Position numbers and translations under genes: made by a program
In this document: positions 51,282-64,000 of the stretch, in pieces
How the letters are laid out: every line of letters starts with the position of its first letter
How positions within the stretch are numbered: the first letter of the stretch is position 1
The notes under the pieces: generated by a model
Database searches by the model: none
Told to the model about the DNA's origin: nothing
Seen by the model: the letters and a program-made list of their open reading frames with translations, nothing else
DNA from: Owenia fusiformis
Lineage: Eukaryota
Length of the DNA stretch: 64,000 nt
NCBI GenBank assembly: GCA_903813345.2
Contig: CAIIXF020000001.1
Coordinates: 17,670,001 to 17,734,000 of the forward strand
Direction: 5' to 3'

Positions 51282-52329
51282 AAAAGTGATATTCGATGGT
51301 TTGGGACATTTTTTGCTAAAATATGATATCTTAATCCACATATCAAATATATATCTTCACGTGATATTCGATCTATATCCTTGCAACCATGGGATAATAT
51401 AGGAATATCTTATGGTTTTGTAAAAATATCATTTATATCCATGAGTGGAGATATGATATCTTCACGAGTGAGCGCAGTTGATGAGTGACGATATTGATAT
51501 CAATGAATGGATATAAATGATATTTTTTAAAACCAATGGATTGTCCGTTTATCCCAGGGAAATCATTACCCATTAATGTCCATGAGTGGATATATGATAT
51601 CTTCACAAGTGAGCGCAGTGAATGAGAAAAGATATTGATATCCATGAGTGGATATAAATTATATTTTTTCAAAACCATAGGATTGTCCGCACATACATAT
51701 ATATCCCCGCTGTATATCTCTCGCTCCAATATTCCGGGGAAAACGTTTTTGTCCAGTGTAGAAACAGTCGATTTTTTATATGTTATATCTTGCAAAAGCG
51801 AAACTGTCAAAATGGATGCAGCAGACGGTAGCATTTCTTTTGACCAGAATGTTGATGTTTTTTCCAAAATAATGAGAATGAGAACACTTTAAAAAACAAA
51901 TCTGCACTATTGGTGTCCTAAAAACCGCACTCATGAAATCTTACTTGTCATGAGATAAATCAGTTATGCGATGCTCGGTTTTTAATATGGGGTATATCCC
52001 TCGGGAAATATGATATCTTACCTCGGACCGTCCGGGCCCTCGGTAAGATATCTATATTCCCCTTAGCAAGATAGGATATATCCCAAATACAGAACCTCCC
52101 ATAACCCTCATTTATCCCATGGTTGCAAGAATATAGATCGAATATCACCTGAAGATATATTTGATATGTGGATCAAGATATCATATTTTAGCAAAAAACA
52201 ACCATCGAATATCACTTTTGAAACCATCGAATCTCACTTTTTCATATTAGAAAATTTGAAACCATCGAGTATCACTTTTTATATTAAAAGTGATATTCCA
52301 TGGTTTCAAAAGTGATATTTGATGGTTTC
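51282..52329. mobile_element. Long inverted-repeat non-autonomous element with multiple copies of AAAAGTGATATTCGATGGTT
   Basis: An arm of about 115 bp at 51282-51397 is mirrored at about 52110-52219; four more motif copies extend to 52329; internal duplicated GATATCTTCACrAGTGAGCGCAGT blocks. Confidence 0.75.
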
Positions 52330-55300
52330 GATTTTTTAAAATTTCGTATACTTTACATCAAACAACTGATCAACAGAACAAAGCAGTCTGGCATGTAAAG
52401 GAGAAAGTGAAATAGTCTAGTCTGCCGGAACAGTATGGCTTTCACATAAGTGATACAATAATGGCAATACGAATTGCTATTATTTCATACTTGAAATTAT
52501 CTGCAACTTTACCCATAGGATTCGTTATTTATTGAACCATAGCACATACACAGCTATTCGACAGATATGTTACTTTTAAATTAGTAACATAAATAAACAG
52601 CACATTGCTTTTTTAGTCATTTATCAATGGTTCAAAACTCACGTTCCAACCAACCTGTAAAGTGCCAAATTCACGTCTTGCCGCTCGTGTAAAATGAATG
52701 AGACCGTGAAATTAATAGTACATAGTTATGTAATACTGATCTCACTCACAATCTTTCGCGTACAGGTTCACAACAAGACGACAAATACGCCCGGCGCTGT
52801 TGAATTTACACGTCAACGGGATTATAAAACAAGTCAGACGTGTCGAATGGAGCATAAAGTTACATGATTTGTTGCGCGCGCATCATGTTTCACGTACAGG
52901 TACACGTACAGGTTACTATTTGGTGCAATCTTAAGGTCTCTATTATCAGCTGCAGACCTACCGACTGAGATATCCAAGTTAATAATTTTTGGTCTATTCT
53001 CGTGTTTTCTCAGTACATGTGCCTCAGAACTACTCAAAATATTAACTGTAAGTAAACTGTGTATAAACAAGGCATAACATGACAAATCCAGAACAGGAGC
53101 GTGGTGTATATCGTAAATAATAAGGTTTCAAACGCAATGCCGTTAGACGACTGCGTATGACTTCTACCGAATTCTATTGACGGTGACGAATTGTATTAGT
53201 TGTACATAAGATATTTAGCGGACGGTTACGTGCGTGTACATCTGTCAAGTCAAGGTTGCTAGATCTGATAGCCTCTTTCCATGTTATTGTTATAATGGGT
53301 AAGAAATGGAATATTGAATTTCCTATATATGTTTTCAGGACTCGCAAGAGACGCTCTTGTTTCAGCCTCTATAAGGCAAGGAAAAAACTGTCGCTTGTTT
53401 CATTTATGAAACCGATGAATGTGTAAAAGATAGCAATGGAGAGCTGGGCAAAAGAAGATTTGAGATCAAGTACTGATGAAGATGACAAAGTTAATAACAA
53501 TGAATCTGGGTTTCATATTTGAATCAGGTTCGCGTAACCGTCAATCAATTTACGTTACGTTACCGCAAATTCAAAATACATTATTCGGTCATTCCACATA
53601 TAAGGAGACATTTAAGGTTCCAAACTTTTGAAAAATGAACTCCGTTTCATTGCATTCATTTTAAGATTTTGATTTTGTTTTATGTATCCTCTATAGAATC
53701 CCAAAGTTTTGGCATTTTAACGTTTATATATCAAAAGTTACACTATTTTGAAAATAAGAGGTGTAAAATTATAAAAAGCGTATAGTTTAAGATTCGTTCT
53801 CGATACCTCTTTTATTCTATGGAGATTTTAGCTAACTTGATATGCGATGTCTTCCTCTGGTAATCTCTATTCTATAGATCACTAAGGAACAAAACTATAA
53901 ATTGCATTTGGGAAATCACTAATCATTTTAATCAAGAAATAACATAAATTTACGTTGTAATGCATAAATGCAGTCGCTTCTCAAAAAAATTATTTTACAA
54001 AACGCAACACTGTCATGTATTCTCATGATGTTTAACACAACATGTGAAAAGTTATTTTGGGCATACAATGAAACTATGAGATTTCGCTTTCAAATCATCA
54101 TATATTTGTATGTGGCAAAGACATCTAGTAATAATCAGAAATAAGTTAAACTTGTCAGTGCAAAACAACGTCGCTTAAAGTGAAAATTGACGCAATTGTT
54201 AATCCACCGAATCTTTCTCGTATATGTCTTAAAAAACAAGCTCCTGTCCATTGTATTGTCACCATAAACCATTTTATATCTTTTAATAGAGATAAAAAAA
54301 TTACTTTGAAAATAATAACGTATCTTAATATCATTATGAAAACATTTTAACTCGATCAATATCATTTATTTATTTGTTTAGAAGAATATAAACTCTTGAT
54401 ATGACCAACTACAAATAAAAAACAACTTCTTAAGCAACAAAACATAAAATGCTTCATATATAATAGCAGAGGCAAATGAAAGGGAACGTCGCTTAAATCT
54501 AAGACATTTCGTTCCTTTACAAATGTCAAATGTTAACTTCGCCGGAATAAGGCTTTAGCCAACGTTTTCACTAGATGTGCTCCACTTTTGCAAGATCAAT
54601 TGCATGTCACTGGCGGCGATTTTCATCATCTTATTTCAATTGTTTTCCATTTAGCTCAGCACGGGGCACATAGTATCGTCTTCTTCTGATACGTTCCTTT
54701 TCAAGGTATTTTTGACCCTCAATTCTTTTCTTTCTCTACAGTGCGTATCACAAAAACGCAACAGATTGTTATCTTGGAAAAACACAAAACCAGTGATAAC
54801 AGCATTGATTTCATTCAATTCACCAAAGCTATGTGTCTCCTCTTTACAATGATATATCATTCATTGATATTTGGTCATGGTCAGGTGAGTAATCATTCCA
54901 TTTGAAAAGTGGGCCAAAATTAGCTTCGGGCCAAGTTATAAACATTGCAAAAGTCAGTGTACGGAGCCCGATGCAATATTGGACGAAAACATAAAACCAA
55001 TGCTGACTGCATCCTTTTAATTCAATGTACCAAAAAGCCAAATTACTCCTCTTTGCAATGAAATATCATTCATTCACAGGGAGTCACCTCTGTCCGAATA
55101 ATCATTAATTTTGCAAAGTGGGGCAAAATTTAACTCGGACCCAAGTTTAAAACATTGCAAAAGCCAGTACAAGGGGCATAGGGGCTATTGGAAGAAGGTG
55201 TGACAGGTATGGAATAGACAGTAAAGTGTTCATACTCACAGTCGCTCGGCAGGTCAGAGAAATGTCTTTACTTTTGTTTTTCTGCGCATGATTTTTGAGC

Positions 55301-57954
55301 TTCTACTTCCGGAAATGATCGATGATTTATTTGCTCTAAAATCACCCCTAAATAGTCACCAATGAATACAATTCCTATAAGATACGTCTTAAGAATGAAT
55401 TGAAGCATATTTTAAGCCCAAATATTTGTAAATATATCGATCGTATCAAGTGTGGTTGGCGATCAAAAAAATATTTCGAAAAATCGAGACTTGTTTTTTA
55501 TGAAGTTCGTCGATGTTTTAAGTGGAACAGAAATTATTTTTTCACAGAAACATAGCAACAAGCCCAATGAATCAGAATAACTTGGAAAAACATCCTCATT
55601 TCAGATGGCCCGGCTATGATACGCTTTTTCCCTCGGATATTTTATCATTTTTCGAAAAATCCAATATGGCGGCCGACGAAGAAAGTGAGAACAACCCGAT
55701 TAAGAATTTTTTTCCTGAATAACTTCTCCAATCTGCGTTTAATGTAATGATTAGAGGAACACTTTATACAGGATAGGGTACGCATTGTTATTTTAACACT
55801 GAAGATAATGAAAACGCCAGAATATAGACAGTTGAACTGTGTCGAATGCCTTCTGAAAGTCAAAGTATGCCTTGTTTTCTTTCTTCAAATCATGGGCTTT
55901 CAAGAGATTGCAATGTATTCTTGCAGGTCTAGGATCAGAATAATATTTTCCCCAACATATTGGTTTTCAAGTCGCAGAGTAGTCCTGTTTGATCATATTG
56001 AATACTTTTTTGTAATACTGATATGATTTTTACTGCTATGATCTAAAATTAATTAAAATAATTATGATTATAATTTAGCGATATTTGTAACTTTTTTACA
56101 GGGCACGCAAGAAATCAGCATTATCAATAAAGTTAATATTATCGCTGGTACTGATAATTTTGATAGTATTCCTATTAGCAATAAATTCGATAATTATCAA
56201 TAATCGACAAGTTATCAAAATTATCTGCTATTGTCTGATAATTCTAAATTCACTTTGTCCATTTTCTTATAAACTGAATAACTTGGGCTTCGGGCAAAAT
56301 AGATTTTTCAGATTTAGACAAAATCAGATTGAGTAAAACTTTTATCAATTTTGATAAAAACTCCGATTGAAATAACATTGGCTCTGGAAAATAAGGAAGT
56401 AAAAGTGACTTCCATACCAACGTCAACCAATGAGATCTACATGAACTTTTTATATGATCAAATATTGTCTTGTCAGAAGTTCAGAACTCCAAATGGTATT
56501 TAGTCTTGGCCCTAGACCATGGTTATTCACAAATAATGGAAACTATAGAGGACTATACACCAACCATGTCAACAGCTAGTACTTTGTCTATCATATGGGT
56601 CATGTCTACATTCATCACTGGGCCTACAGTCCAATCTAACTAGTTTTTTCCAATGATTTATGATCAGCATAAGTTACAACACAGCAGGATTTAGTTTCAA
56701 TAGAATTATAATTGTAAAAATATATTAACAGTATAAGTTTCATGAAAAATAAATACATAGAGATATTTCCATATGCTGACGATAAATGAAAAATCTAGTC
56801 ATACATTTGGGTCCCCAAAATTCAACTTAAATATAGATTAGTTTATATAAAAAAGTAATATATTTATATTGAAACATCATTAAGTAAGTCAAATATGACT
56901 TTCAATTAAAACAGGTCAATAGCATATAAAACATGAAAAAACTAAATAATTGCACTATTTAAGTTTGATAGGCTTTGTATCCAGTGAATAACAAATAATC
57001 TGTTCCAACACATCATCACTTCCCTCTCTGATATGTTCTTTGCACCAAATGTTCTCATACTAAAGCAATATTAAAAAATTGTTTGGTTTGCTATATTAAA
57101 TATCTTGATTGATCATTGAATCTACACATATTGACCATATTCTTCACTTGCATAAATACTTTCAAGAACCCATTGCATGGATGTCATTTTGCATCTGATC
57201 CTCTAATTACTCTTACAATGATTACAAATGCAAAATACTTCCATGTCGATAAACATATTTGTGTAGTTACACATTGTCGAAACAATTTATTGAACAAACC
57301 TATTGTAGGAGCTTACTGCAAAACTATTGCTATAAGTAGTAGCTTCTTTATAACTTTTTCTTTAAGAATGAGTAAACAGCACCTCTCTTTTTTGTGCAAT
57401 GGAATTTGGATAGGTATACAAGTAAAGAATGATTGATATATAAACAGTTCAGTTTTTTAAAGTCCATGTCATAGTTGTAATCACTCAATTCTTATTCTGC
57501 TGTTCAGTATACTTGTTGCATCTCATTAGACTTGTTGTCTTGCATTTCAGTAACTGGAAAAACAACATACTGATTTGGGTGATACTTGAAATGACAGAAT
57601 ATGCTTTAATAAGTTTTCAGGAAATGTTCTGATAAATGAATTTTATCACTGACAGCTAGGCTTAATTATTCTCAAAAAATTATCTGATACATAGTCTAAT
57701 GGATAATATTATAGTATACAACAAAATTTAATCAAATTTATTTAGGAAACTGCATTTTTTGCTACAAAAACTATAATAGACTTTTTAGAATAAAGAAGAT
57801 AAGAATAAAGACTAAAATGGAATGCTGATAGCACAATCTTGTTTCAAGCATTCTATCATTTTGTGTCCATTTTTGTACTCCTTTCATAGAATTTCTTTAG
57901 AATTGACAAACTGACCGAAGTATATTTAATGTTCATATTTTAACTAGCAGGCAT

Positions 57955-59430
57955 ATTCACCTTGCACTCAGCAGAGATGTTAAAAGCAGCCCCTCAGCAC
58001 TCTGTACACAGCAGCTGGATCTTCAGCCCCAAATGCAACACAGTATGCATCTCAGCAATGGTTAAAGCATAGCTGAAAATGAACGCTATACTGATGAAAC
58101 ACCACGTGAAATAAAGCATAGTACATGGAGTAGAAGCATCATCACAGGCACAAATTCACTAGACATTGACTTATTTTGACTCGTATCTAAAATGAAACTG
58201 GGGATATGTGAAATGCCCATGAATAGTGCTTTTTCTCATTTTGCCTCACTTATTTTTGGATCCTGGCTACACCCCTGCACTTTACATCAATCGCTATGTA
58301 TCACTAATTCCTATTCAATTTCAGGGGAAGACCTGTACCATTATTTAGAAAAACAGTATTCAAATTTGCAAATTTTGGGAAATTTCAATTTCACTGCCAC
58401 TTTCCAGATTTCACAAATTTAACTTTTACTTTTCTCTCTTCAATGGATACAATACAAATGAAAAATCATGTAAAATAAAGCCAAGTAGAAGCATCATTTG
58501 CCATTGGTACAGGCACAAGTTAAACATGTATTTTATATTCACTGCACTAGATATTGTATTTGAAATGAAACTCTGAATACGTAAAACTTGTTTTCTCAAT
58601 TTCTCTCACTATTTTGGGATCCTGGCTACACCTCTGCACTTTACATAAATCACTATGTATCACTGTTTTCCCCAGATTAGTGGTAGGTTATTTCAGAAGA
58701 TCAAAAGTATTCTCCCAGTATATTTTGACGCAATGCAATTCTGCGAATCTTGAGGAATCAAAATTTCACTGCCATGAATTTTGCAGATTTCATTAGTTTA
58801 AATTTCACTATGCTCTGGATCACAAAGATTTGTAAACCTACCTTTCGACCTTCACATTTTAAATACTAGGATAATGGAATATTTACCTTGCACTCAGCAT
58901 ATATGTTCAAAGACAAGCAGTCCCTCAGCACACTGTACACAGCAACTGGATCTTGGGCTCCATAATGCAACACAGCTTGAATCCTAGCATTGGTCAAAGC
59001 ATATCTGAAAATGAATACTATATCTATGAAACATCATGTAAAATAAACCATCAGTGGAAGCATCATTTGCAGTTGGTACAGGCACATATTACATGTATTG
59101 TATATTCACTATAGATATTGACTCTTGAATCAACTTGATCCTTAAAATGAAACTGAATATTTTAAAGTCTTATGAAAGTGAATTTTTTTGATTTGCCTCA
59201 CTTATTTTTGGATCCTGACTACACCCCTGTACTTAACATCAATCAGTGTAACACCAATTTCCATTCAATTTGAGGAAAGTCCTGTTTCTCCCAGGTCTTA
59301 GTTGTAAGTTATTTTGGAAAAAAAAACAATATTGTTTTCCCGGTATACGGTATGTTTAAAGCAAATCAATGTTGCAAATTATGAGAAATCACAATTTCAC
59401 TGACATAAGTTTTGCAAATTTCAAAAGCTA
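57955..59430 (-). pseudogene. Tandemly duplicated exon plus intron block of an unidentified relic gene
   Basis: AG..GT-bounded exon-like segments at 58887-59004 (open: YALTNARIQAVLHYGAQDPVAVYSVLRDCLSLNIYAECK) and 57961-58072 (frameshifted); intron-like block in three copies starting near 58130, 58486 and 59055. Confidence 0.5.
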
Positions 59431-59634
59431 AAATTTGACTTGGCCTATTCTTTGAATCTTCAAGATTTTTAAACCTAAGTAACCCTTAGACTCCCTGAAG
59501 TTTTAAAAGTAATGCCTATGGCACAAGCAATAGTTCAATAATGTACAGTAATCAAATTGTATAGTACACAGTGTATAAATATTACACCGGGGCTTTATTT
59601 GGCAAATATCGCCACAATTATCTTTTGCGATTTT

Positions 59635-60170
59635 ACCATTATTGGGAGTCGAGTGTAATTAATTGCATGCAAAAAAAATACTGGGAGTAGAGCAACTGAT
59701 TATAATGGGGTTGCCATATAGGTTTGAATCGCAATGGTCCAAATCCGATTGGCTCAAATCCCATTGGTCCATATCCCAATGGTTCAATTCTAAGTTGTCA
59801 GAATTAATGCAATTTTATACCACCATTGGTATTTGGGTGAAATTAAATTGCATGCAAAAAATAAAAATGGTACAGCAACTGATTATAATAGGGTTGCCAC
59901 ATTGGTTCGAATCGCAATGGTCTGAATCTGATTGGTTCGAATCACATGGGTCCATACACCAATGATCCGATTCAAAGTTGTCTGAATTTCAGTTGTCAGA
60001 ATTCAATCCCACAGGCCCAGGAACATGTATGAAAAAATCAAGTCAAGTTCCCGGCTCTTTTCAAATTTTTGTACATGTCGCCCCGGGCCTAGCTATGGAA
60101 TCCCATGTGTCCGAAACCCAATCGTCCAAATCCTATTCGTCCGGAATCCAGTGTCCAAATCTCAATGGTC
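59635..60170. repeat. Degenerate ~16-bp repeats (AATCCCATTGGTCC-like) within a ~185-bp tandem duplication
   Basis: 59635-59820 is duplicated at about 59820-60005; further periodic copies at 60098-60170. Confidence 0.75.
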
Positions 60171-60190
60171 ATGATTATCACAAATCTGCT

Positions 60191-60392
60191 CAGGCCCGTA
60201 GCCAGGGGGGGGGGGGGGTTCGGGGGGTTCGGGCGAACCCCCCCCCCTGGCCAAAATTTCTTTCAAAATCATGCAGTTTTTCACCATTCTGACTATTTTT
60301 TGAGTGATTTTTGGCCAAATTTGCAAAAGTGAACCCCCCTAGAATTTTTTGGAAAAGTGAACCCCCCTTGGAAAATTCTGGGTACGGGCCTG
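60191..60392. mobile_element. GC-rich MITE (202 bp), CAG...CTG ends, 5-bp TSD CTGCT
   Basis: TIR CAGGCCCGTAGCCAG / CTGGGTACGGGCCTG (14/15); CTGCT at 60186-60190 and 60393-60397; internal GAACCCCCC repeats. Confidence 0.9.
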
Positions 60393-61168
60393 CTGCTCTC
60401 ACTGACACAAACAGACCAAAATGAATAACTGTGACATGATACAGGTAAGGCTTGATACAATTCAAAGAGTCTACACTGGATGCACACATTACTACTAATG
60501 AGATTTTACAAAAAATTACCTTCAAAATGTAGTCGATATCAGTAACCAGCTATAAGTCAACATTAATCGCCCCAAGACAGTGTTACACCTAAAATAAACA
60601 CAAATAAAAAAAAATTATGATGGAATTCATCATTATTTTTCATATATTTCCTAGAAATATTCGATAATTCCTGAAACCGGAAGTTGGGTTACCTCCGATT
60701 ATATGTTAAATATCGCTACATTGACCGGGGGAACATTAATTCTGTTTTAAATTACAAAAAATACGATTTATTTTGAAGAAAATCAAGTCAACATTCAGCC
60801 CCAATCTTTAATGGCCCGGTTGTGATACGCTTTTGCAGACTTACCCTAAATCTATCACTCAAAACGTACCAGCCTTCTTTGAGCCTTCTAAAAACTTATT
60901 TCCCGTCGAAGAAAAATAATGTTCTATACACCAAAATGTCGAGAAAAGACTCGTTTTTGAAACTAAAATGGCACGACATTAGTTCCTTGTATGGGGTGGG
61001 TCATGCCTCCAAAAGAGAGAGCTCTCTCGAGAAATCTCGCGGAGTCTCGTTAGACGATTCCCCGGGAAATTCAAGCGTGATTTGAAAATTAAATTTTCTT
61101 ATTTAGTGTAGCGCGCAGCTGGCCTGCGTATCAGCTGCTCATACTCTTGCAAGAATACATCCTATACC

Positions 61169-61536
61169 CAGTCCTGTCAACTGTCCCGCAATTTGCGTAT
61201 TTGTCACGCATTTGCTGAAGAATTTGAAGTCACGCCAGTTATTTTTGCGTGACAGAAAATGTCACGCAAATACGCATTTTACCTGGTAATTGTCAAGCAA
61301 AAATATTTCTGTAGAAAAATTTCTAAAAAAGATCGTCTACACAGCAAAAATACGAACGCCGGAAAAAATGTACGCATTTCGTTCGGACTTTTCACGCGAA
61401 TTACGTATATGTCACGCATTCCGTTAGAAATTTTTCGTACCTACCCCAGATTTGGACCAAGGTGTCCACATTTTGAGGGGAGGTGTTCAACATTTCCAAG
61501 TCACTCATGTTAGGTGTTCCCAAGTTGACAGGCCTG
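61169..61536. mobile_element. MITE (368 bp), CAG...CTG ends, 6-bp TSD TATACC
   Basis: TIR CAGTCCTGTCAACT / AGTTGACAGGCCTG (13/14); TATACC at 61163-61168 and 61537-61542; internal TCACGC repeats. Confidence 0.9.
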
Positions 61537-64000
61537 TATACCCCTTCAAATTGCCACCACTTCCTTGCACATAAAGATGCGCTCATCTGTCCACGTCATG
61601 CATGGTTCACCCCTAAATCATGTGTGGGTTAAAGCAAAGAAAAGCAGCCCATGGGCAAATCTTTCTCGAGGTTTTGCAATATCTGGTGGAGGAATTGTGA
61701 GCACAGATGCTCCTGAGATAGCTCCAAAAGAAAAAGTCATAACAATTAAAGTCAGGGGAACTTCCATTGGCACTTAGCCCTTGCACTGATTTTTCAATAT
61801 TTAAAACTTGGCGCAGAGCCGATTTTGACCCACTGTGTAAATGGAAGGATTTCTCACCCAACCATTACCACATGTGAATGAATGACATATCATTGCAAAG
61901 AGGGGAGACATGGCTTTATGGTACATTAAATGAAATTGATGTAGTCATTACTAGTTTTGTGATTTTACGAGATAACAACTTGTTGCGTTTTTTTGATACG
62001 CCCTGTATAATTCTTTTGAATTTCTGCTTTAGTCTTGGCCATATTCTGCAACAAATTGTGAATTCCCGGGTTAGTTACCACTGTTAAGACAGATATAAAA
62101 CAAGTATTAAGTGACGTTATCAAAAGCAACGTACCTTAATTGATATAAAACTCAAGTCGTATGTGATTTGGGAAAAAAAATTGGCATCATGTTTTAACAA
62201 TGACCAATTAAGTTGTTTATTTAGAATATCTTTCAACCGAATCGGGATATCCTAGATCTTTGATTAAGCAGCTTTGCTTAGGCAAAAGATACAGGTGTTG
62301 TACTTATGCGATTGCTGTATTATTTAGGGATTATTAGGAAGAAATCCCTATTCCTTAGACTGCAAATAAAGCATGGCGTAACATGAGATCACGTGATGAC
62401 CTCCTCCACTTGAGTTAGTAGCATTTATTGCTGAGTTATCAACTTATTTCGCACTTTCCGTAACGTACCTTATTGCAACGTACATGAGGAAAACTCATTA
62501 CATGTTCCAATAAAGCAATAGAACAGAGCGAACAAAGGTAATGAGCACATTGTATTGAATGTCCGCCTTGTCATATTCAAGAATTTATTTACTAATTCCA
62601 TCAAGATATTACAAAATGTTGGGAAATGTTGTAACGTACCTTAAAATCCTTATCTTTTGAATTGAAAAATGACACCTTTATGACCTATAACTTTTGTTCT
62701 GGATAGAATACAGTTTTTAAACTTTGCATGCATTTTGATAAATCATTTTCTGATAAAATATCACTCTGGGTTAAACATTTAAGTAATTCGTGCATTCTCT
62801 AGAAATTGAAATATCTAAAGTGGTATTTTAGAAAAAAAACTGGCGACATGGGTTCCGGGCATCTGATTATTAGGTTGGAAAGGGTTAAATTACTCGAAAA
62901 GTTGGTAAAATAAAGTATATACCCACAGGTATCTTTTCAGGAAGTTTGGATGTGTTCTGAAATCTATAACTACTTCAGTTATGCTTATAAAACATCACTA
63001 TGCACTCTGGCGACATAACGTACCTGAGGAATTTGTCATCAAATTAAGTTAGAAAAAATTCTCACTTACTACCTAACAATTAAAATTTGCTGTATGGTGG
63101 TTGTACAAGTGGGTATTGGTCCTAAGTAGATATTCTTAAAAAGTTTCTATATATATCTATTAACGCTTGAGAAAAAACCCTTGGCGACACGAATGTCTGC
63201 TTATATGTGGAATGACTGTATTATGGCTTGAGTAGAACATATTAGGTGGTTTCCAATGCTCAATTGGCTTTGTATGATCGTATGTAGTTTACATCTATAT
63301 ACCACAAGGTTTTTAGACTGTAGACCATGCCCTAACAACAAAAATAAACAGATTACTAAATTTTGTAATGTATGTAAATGTAATGTAATGTAAATTTTTT
63401 AAATTTAGTTTTGAATTTCAAACTCGTCAGTTTTCTCTTATTTCATGTTATCCCGGGCATCAATTTGCAAAGACTACGTTCAAAATATACATTACTGAAT
63501 GTATCACCGAATGCGACGCTTACATAAATCTTTCATTCTTTCATTGATACACAGTAGTAGAAAATAAAGCACCAACCATACTTTTCTCTTCCATCGCGGC
63601 CATTTTATTGGATAAATCAGTGAACGTAGCCGTCCAACCTCGTTTTCAGAGGTGGCGTAACCGACATGCTATAACACCGTGCTTACTGATAGTTGCGTCT
63701 CAACAAGTGGCAAACTCAGCCTTTTGTTGTGTTTACCACGTTTGCAGATCCCGACTTTGTGTTTTGGTTTTGAAACATAAGATAATATGTCACTGCAACT
63801 ATCATTCACATGCCGAGTTTCCTAGACCCATCATGCTAAGTTTGCCCGTCTAAAATAATATTTTTTTGTCAATTCACGACTATTTTGAAAAAATCCTATG
63901 TATACAGATTCAGCACTGAATATTATGAATCATCTTGTAATGAAGAAACTCTAATTTTATCATTTTAATATTTAAGAGGATACTTAACCTCGCCCAAAAA

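Larger units (their letters stand above)
54739..62005. mobile_element. Nested Tc1/mariner-like element (about 7.3 kb) with long (about 230-bp) imperfect TIRs and TA flanks, no transposase ORF
   Basis: TA-CAGTGCGTATCACAAAAACGCAAC... versus ...GTTGCGTTTTTTTGATACGCCCTG-TA. The inverted homology also shows as similarity between the spurious ORFs 54651..54860(-) and 61878..62087(+). Confidence 0.8.
53586..63218. mobile_element. Outer non-autonomous TIR element (about 9.6 kb including nested insertions), 4-bp TSD TATT
   Basis: Left CGGTCATTCCACATATAAGGAGACATT versus right-end reverse complement CAGTCATTCCACATATAAGCAGACATT (25/27); TATT at 53582-53585 and 63219-63222; recurrent AACGTCGCTTAA / AACGTACCTTA and TGGCGACA motifs. 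Confidence 0.75.

Noticed and set aside
57140-57300. Possible decayed PHD finger (minus-strand MEVFCIC...)
   Set aside because: The remaining Cys/His ligands cannot be recovered without arbitrary frameshifts.
62860-62890. piggyBac-like end AGGG-TTAA
   Set aside because: No matching left terminus found.

Overview
AT-rich eukaryotic genomic DNA with spliceosomal introns; the repeat and gene content suggest an invertebrate (inference, organism not identifiable). (1) 1-30572 is an almost perfectly homogeneous two-unit satellite: 30 copies of an 865-bp unit A interspersed with 9 complete and 1 partial 473-bp unit B, in the order b-A5-B-A12-B-A3-B-A1-B-A2-B-A1-B-A2-B-A2-B-A2-B. All internal junctions run through the hexamer TATTAG, and higher-order repeats and a SNP gradient appear near the edge. 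(2) About 430 bp beyond the edge is a young, 5'-truncated APE-RT non-LTR retrotransposon on the minus strand. (3) 34.4-53 kb is MITE/foldback-rich sequence containing one intact GT10 alpha-1,3/4-fucosyltransferase gene with three coding exons (about 422 aa). (4) 53.6-63.2 kb is a nested stack of non-autonomous TIR elements with 4-, 2-, 5- and 6-bp target duplications, carrying relic spliced exons. I found no prokaryotic systems, CRISPR arrays, rRNA or complete tRNA genes. The most unusual items are the junction grammar of the satellite and the nested cargo-carrying element; novelty cannot be established without database searches.
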